Positions 27,302 through 34,741 of a DNA stretch of 48,508 nt are shown here, one piece after another. The stretch is from Patescibacteria group bacterium. GTDB taxonomy: Bacteria > Patescibacteriota > Patescibacteriia > Magasanikbacterales > UBA922. The stretch spans positions 1-48,508 of the forward strand of contig DATDUP010000010.1 in NCBI GenBank assembly GCA_035290345.1, read 5' to 3'. Both the position numbers and the translations under genes were made by a program. The notes under the pieces are model-generated. The model had not been told where the DNA came from, did not search any database, and saw nothing but the letters and a program-made list of their open reading frames with translations. Each line of letters opens with the position of its first letter. Within the stretch, counting starts at the first letter, position 1.

Positions 27302-27330
27302 TTGACTTGCTAGAAAAAAAGGGGTATATT
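27302..27330 (+). promoter_or_regulatory. sigma70-like promoter for tRNA-Glu
   Basis: TTGACT (27302-27307), a 17-nt spacer, then TATATT (27325-27330). Confidence 0.5.
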
Positions 27331-27344
27331 ATGCCCACGTATTT

Positions 27345-27416
27345 GCCGCCATCGTCTAATGGTTAGGACTCCACGCTTTCAATGTGGAAATAGGGGTTCG
27401 ATTCCCCTTGGCGGGA
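27345..27416 (+). tRNA. trnE: tRNA-Glu (anticodon UUC), no encoded CCA
   Basis: A 72-nt cloverleaf with a CUUUCAA anticodon loop and an AGGGG-UUCGAUU-CCCCU T arm. The acceptor is GCCGCCA/UGGCGGG, which gives an apparent G1-G72 mismatch. Confidence 0.85.
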
Positions 27417-27426
27417 CGGTGCTGAC

Positions 27427-27456
27427 AACTTCGCTAAAGTAGCGAAGTTTTTGTTT
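27427..27456 (+). terminator. intrinsic terminator after tRNA-Glu
   Basis: AACTTCGCT-AAAGT-AGCGAAGTT followed by TTTGTTT. Confidence 0.55.
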
Positions 27457-27473
27457 ACATATATAGAAAAGCC

Positions 27474-27502
27474 TTGACAAACCGAGGTTTTTTTTCCATA
27501 CT
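27474..27502 (+). promoter_or_regulatory. sigma70-like promoter for the asparaginase-family gene
   Basis: TTGACA (27474-27479), a 17-nt spacer, then CATACT (27497-27502). Confidence 0.45.
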
Positions 27503-27620
27503 ACCTCGTCCATTCGATGGACAGCTCAACCAGTCTAGCCCACTGGTTCGGCCCGCTCCTTTAGTAAACTGAACACAAGATTTGGAATTCGGAACTTCAA
27601 CCCTAGGAGAGGTGAGAACC

Positions 27621-28661
27621 ATGAAGATCTACATCCTGAACACAGGAGGGACTCTCGGCATGGTCGGGAACCCGCTTCGCCCCGCCAAGAGCGCCGAAGA
27701 ACTCCTCCAGGGGATCAAGGTCCCCGAAGACCTGGAGTTGACGCTGGCGGACTTCCCGTTGCGTCAGGACAGCACGAACGTGAAGCACCAGGACCGCGCC
27801 CAGATGGCGGAAATGATCGCGGCCGTGTACGACAGGTACGACGGCTTCATCATCCTCCACGGCACCGACTCACTCGCAGAGACGTGCGCGTACCTGGCCA
27901 TGTGCTTCAAGCGGAGCCTCCAGAAGCCGCTCATGGTCATCGGTGCCCAGATGACCAAGGACGAGAGTGGCTCGGACGTGCAGATGCAGATCGAAAACAC
28001 TCTGCGCGTCATACAGGCGTTCATCCGCAACCAGGTCGTCGGCGTCTACAACGTCGTCATGGGCGAGGTCTTGGATGGGGCCCGCGTACGCAAACGCAAA
28101 GACTCCGACTTCGCGGCCTTCTACACGCCGGGGAAGCACCCCGTCGCCTACGCCTGGCCCCACATCATGATCAAGGGTGCCCGCAAGCGTGATCCCGTGA
28201 TCTTCATGGAGGGGCTGCGTCTCCAGACTGAATTCGAGCCATCTGTGGTCTCCATCATGGTGTCGGCTGACACGCCGCCGTATGTCCTGACCGACATGAT
28301 CAGGATGGGCCGTGTGAAGGGCATCATCCTGGAGTGTAAGGGCGCGGGAAATATTCCCAACCGCCCCTGGCAGGAAGACAACGAACAGATCTCCTGGATT
28401 GACGCGATCAAGCTGGCAACCGAGGCGGGCGTGCACGTAGGGATCCTCTCTCCGTTCGATGACGGACGAGTGATCCTTGATCGCTACGAGCTGGGTAGCC
28501 TGGCTAAGGCAGCGGGCGCGATCTCGCTGGAGAGCCTGACGCCCGCCATGGCGGACATAAAGTTCCGTCAGGGCATCGCCCTGCACAGCACTGTTCTCCA
28601 GCAGTTCATCAGCACCAACATGGTCGGCGAGTTGCTCGAGGGCTTCGAGGACATGGGCTAG
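27621..28661 (+). CDS. L-asparaginase/glutaminase family protein (type I-like), strongly GC-rich
   Basis: MKIYILNTGGTLGM (the TGGT catalytic-Thr motif), ILHGTDSL and PLMVIGAQ. The ATG at 27621 sits 6 nt after the GGAGAGGTGAG SD element. The track ORF starts at a TTG at 27582. Confidence 0.75.
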   Translation: MKIYILNTGGTLGMVGNPLRPAKSAEELLQGIKVPEDLELTLADFPLRQDSTNVKHQDRAQMAEMIAAVYDRYDGFIILHGTDSLAETCAYLAMCFKRSLQKPLMVIGAQMTKDESGSDVQMQIENTLRVIQAFIRNQVVGVYNVVMGEVLDGARVRKRKDSDFAAFYTPGKHPVAYAWPHIMIKGARKRDPVIFMEGLRLQTEFEPSVVSIMVSADTPPYVLTDMIRMGRVKGIILECKGAGNIPNRPWQEDNEQISWIDAIKLATEAGVHVGILSPFDDGRVILDRYELGSLAKAAGAISLESLTPAMADIKFRQGIALHSTVLQQFISTNMVGELLEGFEDMG

Positions 28662-28707
28662 TCCTCACGAACCACGAGAACGTCGACAATCGACAAGGAG
28701 GTGAGGG

Positions 28708-28731
28708 ATGTTCTACATCCGACCGCCGTAA
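28708..28731 (+). other. 7-codon mini-ORF MFYIRPP-stop with a perfect SD
   Basis: AAGGAGGTGAGGG precedes the ATG at 28708, and TAA lies at 28729-28731. A CGCTGT/ACAGCG hairpin follows at 28736-28753. Confidence 0.25.
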
Positions 28732-28775
28732 AGGCCGCTGTTTGGGGACAGCGTCAACAAAACCCCATTCGATTG

Positions 28776-28807
28776 TCATCTTTACATATGTACATATGTA
28801 AAGATGA
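28776..28807. repeat. 32-bp perfect palindrome TCATCTTTACATATGT|ACATATGTAAAGATGA
   Basis: I verified base by base that the two 16-nt halves are exact reverse complements with no spacer. Confidence 0.95.
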
Positions 28808-28815
28808 TTGAGATT

Positions 28816-28845
28816 AAAAAAACATCCTTAAATGGATGATTTTTT
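28816..28845. terminator. bidirectional terminator-like hairpin
   Basis: An A7 run, CATCC-TTAAAT-GGATG, then T6. Confidence 0.45.
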
Positions 28846-28937
28846 AATTCACCAAAGTACTAGTAACTGCTCCCAACCATTTTTCTAAATCAAATACCAA
28901 TGAGTGTAAATTATCAGTGCAGTGGTGTACCAAAGAA

Positions 28938-28958
28938 ACACCCAACTGGGTGTTTTTT
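28938..28958 (+). terminator. intrinsic terminator-like hairpin
   Basis: ACACCC-AACT-GGGTGT followed by TTTTT. Confidence 0.5.
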
Positions 28959-28966
28959 GTATAAAC

Positions 28967-28995
28967 AAAAAACCCGTCAAGGTAGATAAAACGGG
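28967..28995 (-). terminator. intrinsic terminator downstream of ORF 29068-29439
   Basis: The minus strand reads CCCGU-loop-ACGGG followed by UUUUUUG. A longer imperfect hairpin lies at 29017-29056, just after the stop codon. Confidence 0.5.
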
Positions 28996-29067
28996 GGAAT
29001 AATTACTTGAAGGCCGGCTGGGGGATCAAGAGTTCGCAGACTCAAGACCCCCCAGCTCGACTCGTTG

Positions 29068-29439
29068 TCAACTGGGACGACGACAGAGAACGAGAACATC
29101 ATTCTCTGGCCCGCCCTTTCTCACCCAGTCCTTAACCGGGCGATCGAGGGACAACCACACTTCTTCATAGCTGTCCCCATTCCAACGGAAGGCTAGAACG
29201 CGTCCTTGAACTTTCCAGCCAGTGACCAGGAGGAATGATTTGAAACAGGAGGGGATGCCCAACCGGTCATTCCTGAACCTCTTGGCCTCTTCCTCGCCAA
29301 TGGCATTCGACACCCGGCGAAGCACCTCATGGCCGCAGAAGGTCTCCTTCCAGATCCCCTCCCCCTCCTCCATGAAGCCGATTGCTTGAAAGATAATCCC
29401 CCAACGCTCAAACCAGATACCAAATTCCTTCCTAGCCAT
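29068..29439 (-). CDS. hypothetical protein, GC-rich
   Basis: This is track ORF 29068-29445. I preferred the second ATG (29439) because it lies 6 nt after GGAGGG. I recognised no motif. Confidence 0.5.
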   Translation of the reverse strand: MARKEFGIWFERWGIIFQAIGFMEEGEGIWKETFCGHEVLRRVSNAIGEEEAKRFRNDRLGIPSCFKSFLLVTGWKVQGRVLAFRWNGDSYEEVWLSLDRPVKDWVRKGGPENDVLVLCRRPS

Positions 29440-29624
29440 GGCCATCCCTCCGGTTGTCGATCCGTGTCTATAAATCCATCATCAATCCAAAATGAACTTA
29501 TAGTTTTGTACCAAAAAAGGCCTCTCCGTCAAGATGTACAGAGCGTAAATGCCCAATATAATAGTGTATTAGAATCATAAACACCCGTCCGGATGTTTTT
29601 GTGATATTAAAAATCTTGTCCTTG

Positions 29625-29681
29625 TTCTCTATTGACTCTTAGAGAGGAAAATAGTAAAAATAACTGATAGTCAATAGAGAA
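29625..29681. repeat. 13-bp perfect inverted repeat bracketing the tsaD promoter and 5' region
   Basis: TTCTCTATTGACT (29625-29637) and AGTCAATAGAGAA (29669-29681). The left arm contains a TTGACT -35-like hexamer. The right arm ends 3 nt before the tsaD ATG. Confidence 0.8.
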
Positions 29682-29684
29682 ACT

Positions 29685-30746
29685 ATGAGAATTTTAGGGA
29701 TTGAGACATCTTGCGACGATACTTCCGTAGCCCTGGTAGAAACTAGTGGTTCAGGCTTTGTAATCCTGGCAGAAAAAACGGCTAGTCAAATCAAAGTGCA
29801 TGAAAAATACGGTGGAGTGGTGCCGGAGATAGCCGGACGTTGTCACGCCGAAAATATCGTACCCGTAATGGCGGCAGTGTTGGCTAACCAACCCCAACCC
29901 GATGTTGTTGCGTCCACCGCTGGTCCAGGCTTAATCACTGGTTTGTTAGTGGGAGTGGAAGCAGCAAAAGTATTCTCTTTTTTACACCAAATCCCCCTGA
30001 TCCGCGTCAACCATTTGGAAGGACATTTTTTTTCCCCGCTTTTGGGAAAAAACACTCTTGATTATTCCTACCCAGTCTTAGCCTTGATCGCCAGCGGTGG
30101 CCATACGGAATTAATCCTAGCCAGAGAACCAGGATCATATGAAAAAATCGGCTACACCAAAGACGATGCGGCTGGAGAATGTTTTGACAAAGCGGCTAAG
30201 CTACTCGGACTACCCTATCCTGGTGGTCCGCAGATTTCTCAATTGGCTCGAGCCGGCCGGCCAGACACCATTTCCCTTCCTCGCCCCCTTATCCAATCTC
30301 CGAACTATGATTTCAGTTTTGCTGGTCTGAAGACAGCGGTTCGATATTGGGTGCGCGACAATCGCAAAAAAATGATTGACCAACGCACGTTGTGGGGTAA
30401 ATACCGACAATGGTTAAAACCCCAATCCCCTACCATTGCTGACCTTTGTGCGTCTTTGGAACAAGCCGTCGTCGACGTCCTAACCACTAAGACAATCAAG
30501 GCCGCCGCAGCCTTTCAACCTCGTACAGTAATTTTGGCAGGAGGAGTTTCGGCTAATGATCGTCTACGTCAACATCTGGCTGCAGAATTAGCCTCTCGCT
30601 TCCCCACGATCTCTTTTCTTTGCCCACAAAAAAAATACGCTATGGACAATGCGGCGATGATTGCTGCGGCCGCCCATATCCATAGCTTAAAAAATGAATT
30701 TACTCCTTGGGAAAAGATAATGGTTGACCCAAATTGGAGTCTTTGA
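29685..30746 (+). CDS. tsaD: tRNA N6-adenosine threonylcarbamoyltransferase
   Basis: MRILGIETSCDDTSVALV, GHTELI and a C-terminal ASKHA fold. Confidence 0.95.
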   Translation: MRILGIETSCDDTSVALVETSGSGFVILAEKTASQIKVHEKYGGVVPEIAGRCHAENIVPVMAAVLANQPQPDVVASTAGPGLITGLLVGVEAAKVFSFLHQIPLIRVNHLEGHFFSPLLGKNTLDYSYPVLALIASGGHTELILAREPGSYEKIGYTKDDAAGECFDKAAKLLGLPYPGGPQISQLARAGRPDTISLPRPLIQSPNYDFSFAGLKTAVRYWVRDNRKKMIDQRTLWGKYRQWLKPQSPTIADLCASLEQAVVDVLTTKTIKAAAAFQPRTVILAGGVSANDRLRQHLAAELASRFPTISFLCPQKKYAMDNAAMIAAAAHIHSLKNEFTPWEKIMVDPNWSL

Positions 30747-33700
30747 TTATTCGTAGCTTTGCACCCGGCCCTCGCCAACAATTTTTTCTAGCTCTTCCAG
30801 GACTTTTGAATTCCAATCAATCCGGGCCTGGGAGCGGATAGTTTGATTGGCCACACGAATCAAAACTGTGTATTCTCCAGGATGAGCGACGAATAGTTCT
30901 TTTAATTTGTCTGCCTGCCGAATTAAGTCTTCCTTGTTAGTGGTAATCGCCACGCATTTTTCGTGCAAAGCAGGAGCAAAATCTTTTACGGACAAACCAT
31001 AGGAAAAACGATTGGCAATGGCCTGGGCATTTTCTGGACTGATCACCAAGGCTTTTTCGACAAAGATCTTGTTGTCCCCTTCGTCTTTCGGCGTTTTTCC
31101 TTGAACACAGAGCACGGCTCCTTCTTTCCAAACTACCGCAGTTTCTTCATAGGTGCGCGGGAAAACCATCAACTCAATTGATCCCGTAGTGTCTTGAATG
31201 GTGACAAACAACATCACACCGCCTTTTTTAGTGATCTTTTTTTTCAAACTATCCACAACACCGCCCACGACCACCCAAGAATTCCGAGCCATGCCTTCTA
31301 CCGCCGTAATAGCAGTAAGAGACTGTTTCAACTCTTCTTGGTATTGTTGAAAAGGATGGAGGGTGAGATACAAACCCAAAAGATTTTTTTCCCAATTCAT
31401 CTTTTGTTCTTTGGTCATCGCCGGGGCTGGATCCAACCGCACTTTTGCATCCAAGGCAATACTGGTACCAGAGAACAAAGAATTCTGGGCTGTATTTTTT
31501 TCCTTCAACTGCCGTAGATAGCGTAACAAATTCTCGCTATTAGCCAAAAGTTGGCCACGCTCCAGACTAAAACAATCCAAAGCTCCAGCTTGAATCAAAC
31601 TTTCCAATGATTTTTTATTCAAATCCTTGTCATCCACTCGTTCCAAAAAATTTTCCAAAGACAAATATTTTCCGTTTTTCTTTCGTTCGGCATAAATAAC
31701 ATCGCAGATATGTTCGCCGACATTTTTGATGGCATTCAAACCAAAACGAATCACTCCAGGCTCCCCAGGCTTAGAAACCATAGCAAAACTGCGAAAGGAT
31801 TCGTTGACATCGGGCGGTAAAACTTTGATACCCATCCGCCGACATTCGGCGACAATTGGCGCCACCTTTTCCGCATCTCCGGCCTCGGCTTGCAGAATAG
31901 CGGTCATATATTGGACTGGATAGTGAGCCTTCAAATACGCGGTCTGATAGGCCACAATCCCGTAAGAAGCCGCATGGGCCTTGTTGAACCCGTAGGCGGC
32001 AAAAGGTTCAATCATCTCCCAGAGACGATGAATCTTGGTTTCTGGTAATTTTCCAATATCGCGGCAACCGTCAAAAAACTTCTTTTTCTGCTTTTCCATT
32101 TCTTCAGGAATTTTTTTACCAATAGCTTTCCGGAATTTATCCGCTTCTTTCCAATCATAGCCAGCTAGTTCAATCGCCGTTAGAAGCACGTCATCCTGAT
32201 ATACCAAGAGGCCAAAAGAGGCTTCTAGATACTTCTTCATGCGCTCATCAAGGTATTCCACGGTTTCTGGATTGTGTTTGCGCCGAATGTATTCAGGAAT
32301 GGAATCCATCGGCCCTGGGCGATATAGGGCCACCATAGCCATGATATCGTTGATATGGGATGGCTGCAGTTCTTTCAGCCATCTGGTCATGCCCGAACCG
32401 CCCAATTGGAACGTCCCCATGGTCTCGCCTCGAGCCAACATGGCAAAAGTGTCGGCATCATCCAGAGGCAATGAATAGATATCAATTTTTTCCCCAGTCG
32501 TCTTTTCTACAAACTCCACGGCTTTTCCTAAAATCGACAAGTTGCGAATACCCAAAAAATCATACTTCAATACCCCGGCCGTTTCCACTGACTTCATTTC
32601 ATATTGGGTGGTAATCCGCCCGCCTCCAACTTCATGTTGGACCGGAGTAAAAACAGTCAGAGGTTCGGGGGCAATGACGACGCCAGCAGCGTGTACCGAA
32701 GTATGACGGGCACAACCCTCTACTTTCTGCGCTAAATCCAAAAGTCTTTTGACTTCCGCGTTATGCTGATAAAGTTTTTTCAAATCCGGTTCCTCCTTCA
32801 AAGCACGATCAATGGTCATGGGAAAACCCTGGGAACCCATGGGAATCAACTTGGCCACTTGATCACAAAAACTATAAGAATATCCTAATGCCCGCCCGAC
32901 ATCGCGTACACTAGCTCGAGCGGCCATGGTTCCAAAAGTAATAATCTGGGCCACCCGATCCTCCCCATATTTCTGGGTGACATAGGCAATCATTTCATCT
33001 CTCCGGTCATCGGCGAAATCCGTATCAATATCCGGCGGTGAGGGCCGAAAAGGATTCAAAAAGCGCTCAAACGGCAATTGAAAGCGAATCGGATCAACTG
33101 TCGTAATCCCGTTGATATATGAAACTATAGAACCAGCGGCTGAACCACGAGTCGTTTCTACGATTCCATGTTGTTTGGCATAGTGCACATAGTCAGCGAC
33201 ACACAAGAAATATGGGGCATACCCCTTACTACTGATAATTTCCAGTTCGTATTTTATTCTGTTTTGTATTTCCTCGGTCATTGTTGGGTAATAACGAGGA
33301 AGATTCTCCCAAGTGTTCTTTTCCAAAACCGAGGCAGCGGTTTCCCCGGCTGGCAAATCCACCGGAGCAAAATGCCAATTGTTTAAAGGAATGTCCAATT
33401 GCACGCGGTCCGCAATTTTTTGGGTATTCGCTACCGCTTCAGCTACATGACGGAATCGAGACAAGATATCCTTACCTGAATTTAGAGAACGATCTACCTG
33501 GCGATAGTCCTCGCGATTCGGCTGATCTACTTTCCACGCCTCACGAATACAAGTTAAAATATCCTGGGCTTCCGCATCTTCTGAATTAAGGTAATGGACA
33601 TCTCGCGTTACCACACACTCCAAACCTAATTCTTTGGCCAACTGAATCAATTTCGTGTTCACTTGAATTTGTCCGGGAAGAGCGGGATGATCCTGGAGTT

Positions 33701-34223
33701 CAAAATAATAATGATCTGAGCCCAAAGCTTCTTTATATTCATGGGCCAATGATCGGGCTTCGTCTTCTTTTCCCGCTAACAACAACTGAGGTATTTGGCC
33801 ATGAATACCTCCAGATAAAACAATGACCCCATCTTTGTGGGCAAACAAAATATCTTTGTCTAAACGAGGTTTACCATTGAAAAAACCCTGTAAATGGCCC
33901 AAGGAAGTCAATTGAAGGAGATGGCGATAGCCAGTATAATTTTCCGCCAACAAAGTCAACTGGTACAGTTCGCGGTCCAATAATGGATCCTTGTCCGTCA
34001 ATCTCCGGGGAGCAACATAAGCCTCAAAACCAATAATCGGCTTTATCTCCTCTGCCAGACAGGCCTGATAAAATTCAATCGCCCCATACATGGAACCAGA
34101 ATCTGTCAAAGCGATAGCCGAAAAACCGCGCTCTTTAGCCACGCGGACCAGTTTCTTTACCTTGGTGAGTCCATCCAACAAAGAATAGTGGGAATGGACA
34201 TGGAGATGGACAAAATCGCTCAT
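30747..34223 (-). CDS. dnaE: DNA polymerase III alpha subunit
   Basis: A 1158-aa protein with the PHP-domain start FVHLHVHSHYSLLDG, then polymerase core and OB-fold regions. Its stop codon abuts the tsaD stop with no spacer. Confidence 0.95.
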   Translation of the reverse strand: MSDFVHLHVHSHYSLLDGLTKVKKLVRVAKERGFSAIALTDSGSMYGAIEFYQACLAEEIKPIIGFEAYVAPRRLTDKDPLLDRELYQLTLLAENYTGYRHLLQLTSLGHLQGFFNGKPRLDKDILFAHKDGVIVLSGGIHGQIPQLLLAGKEDEARSLAHEYKEALGSDHYYFELQDHPALPGQIQVNTKLIQLAKELGLECVVTRDVHYLNSEDAEAQDILTCIREAWKVDQPNREDYRQVDRSLNSGKDILSRFRHVAEAVANTQKIADRVQLDIPLNNWHFAPVDLPAGETAASVLEKNTWENLPRYYPTMTEEIQNRIKYELEIISSKGYAPYFLCVADYVHYAKQHGIVETTRGSAAGSIVSYINGITTVDPIRFQLPFERFLNPFRPSPPDIDTDFADDRRDEMIAYVTQKYGEDRVAQIITFGTMAARASVRDVGRALGYSYSFCDQVAKLIPMGSQGFPMTIDRALKEEPDLKKLYQHNAEVKRLLDLAQKVEGCARHTSVHAAGVVIAPEPLTVFTPVQHEVGGGRITTQYEMKSVETAGVLKYDFLGIRNLSILGKAVEFVEKTTGEKIDIYSLPLDDADTFAMLARGETMGTFQLGGSGMTRWLKELQPSHINDIMAMVALYRPGPMDSIPEYIRRKHNPETVEYLDERMKKYLEASFGLLVYQDDVLLTAIELAGYDWKEADKFRKAIGKKIPEEMEKQKKKFFDGCRDIGKLPETKIHRLWEMIEPFAAYGFNKAHAASYGIVAYQTAYLKAHYPVQYMTAILQAEAGDAEKVAPIVAECRRMGIKVLPPDVNESFRSFAMVSKPGEPGVIRFGLNAIKNVGEHICDVIYAERKKNGKYLSLENFLERVDDKDLNKKSLESLIQAGALDCFSLERGQLLANSENLLRYLRQLKEKNTAQNSLFSGTSIALDAKVRLDPAPAMTKEQKMNWEKNLLGLYLTLHPFQQYQEELKQSLTAITAVEGMARNSWVVVGGVVDSLKKKITKKGGVMLFVTIQDTTGSIELMVFPRTYEETAVVWKEGAVLCVQGKTPKDEGDNKIFVEKALVISPENAQAIANRFSYGLSVKDFAPALHEKCVAITTNKEDLIRQADKLKELFVAHPGEYTVLIRVANQTIRSQARIDWNSKVLEELEKIVGEGRVQSYE

Positions 34224-34287
34224 GGAACCGCCTTACCTCCCTTTATCAACCATATCTTACCGGAATTTACTTCCCCTGGCAAACAAA

Positions 34288-34317
34288 CGACCGGGATTTA
34301 CCCGGCCGTCTTTTTTT
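34288..34317 (-). terminator. terminator after the small membrane gene 34326-34655
   Basis: The hairpin ACG-CCGGG-ATTTA-CCCGG-CGT is flanked by T7 on the plus strand and UUUGUUUG on the minus strand. Confidence 0.5.
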
Positions 34318-34325
34318 AAACTTTT

Positions 34326-34655
34326 TTACTTTTCTCCGTTCTTTTTTTTCTTTTTCCCTTTTTCTTCTGTAGTCTCCAACTTGTCTACTAACTTGCTCAC
34401 CACGAATTTTTCAAACAGGTTCGCTACCATGCCGCTGACCAGACCCATATGGCCAGAAAGTGTGTCCACCTTATGCCGAATAAAACCCACCGCTTCCGTT
34501 ATCAATTCCAGCTTCTGGGACAAATTCTCCACAATACGGTTGGCATTCCGTAAAATACGAGCGGCTTGAAAAAGCAGCCAGCATAAAAAAACGGTTAGCC
34601 AAAGCGCGCAGAAGGACAGAACAATGTACAAAAGATCAGTGCTATTTTCAAACAT
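34326..34655 (-). CDS. small membrane protein with an N-terminal TM helix and a helical tail (DUF948-like)
   Basis: A 109-aa protein with the hydrophobic stretch LLYIVLSFCALWLTVFLCWLLF, then amphipathic helices and a Lys-rich tail. Confidence 0.5.
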   Translation of the reverse strand: MFENSTDLLYIVLSFCALWLTVFLCWLLFQAARILRNANRIVENLSQKLELITEAVGFIRHKVDTLSGHMGLVSGMVANLFEKFVVSKLVDKLETTEEKGKKKKKNGEK

Positions 34656-34709
34656 AATTCCCCCATTTCCGGTTTTGCCTTACCGGATTAAAAATTAACA
34701 GGCACAAAT

Positions 34710-34738
34710 ATTATACCACAGACCGCCGCCAGACCCAA
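34710..34738 (-). promoter_or_regulatory. sigma70-like promoter with an extended -10
   Basis: The minus strand reads TTGGGT (34738-34733), a 17-nt spacer ending in TGG, then TATAAT (34715-34710). Confidence 0.5.
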
Positions 34739-34741
34739 AAT

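Noticed and set aside
27603-28586. Antisense and alternative-frame ORFs inside the asparaginase-family gene (27603-27860, 27764-28030, 27870-28586, 27884-28192, 27967-28170, 28148-28411).
   Set aside because: These are shadow ORFs of a GC-rich coding region. The plus-strand frame carries clear family motifs and an SD; the others carry none.
28900-28989. A 29-codon ORF (MSVNYQCSGVPKKHPTGCFLYKQKTRQGR) in the AT-rich spacer of the third island.
   Set aside because: It has no SD, and the frame reads straight through two terminator hairpins. It is more likely non-coding spacer or a small transcript.
27417-29684. Classical tRNA-targeted integrative island, with att direct repeats and an integrase, next to tRNA-Glu.
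   Set aside because: I looked for a repeat of the tRNA-Glu 3' end near 29450-29684 and found only a weak GGTTGTCGATCC resemblance. No integrase or excisionase ORF is present.
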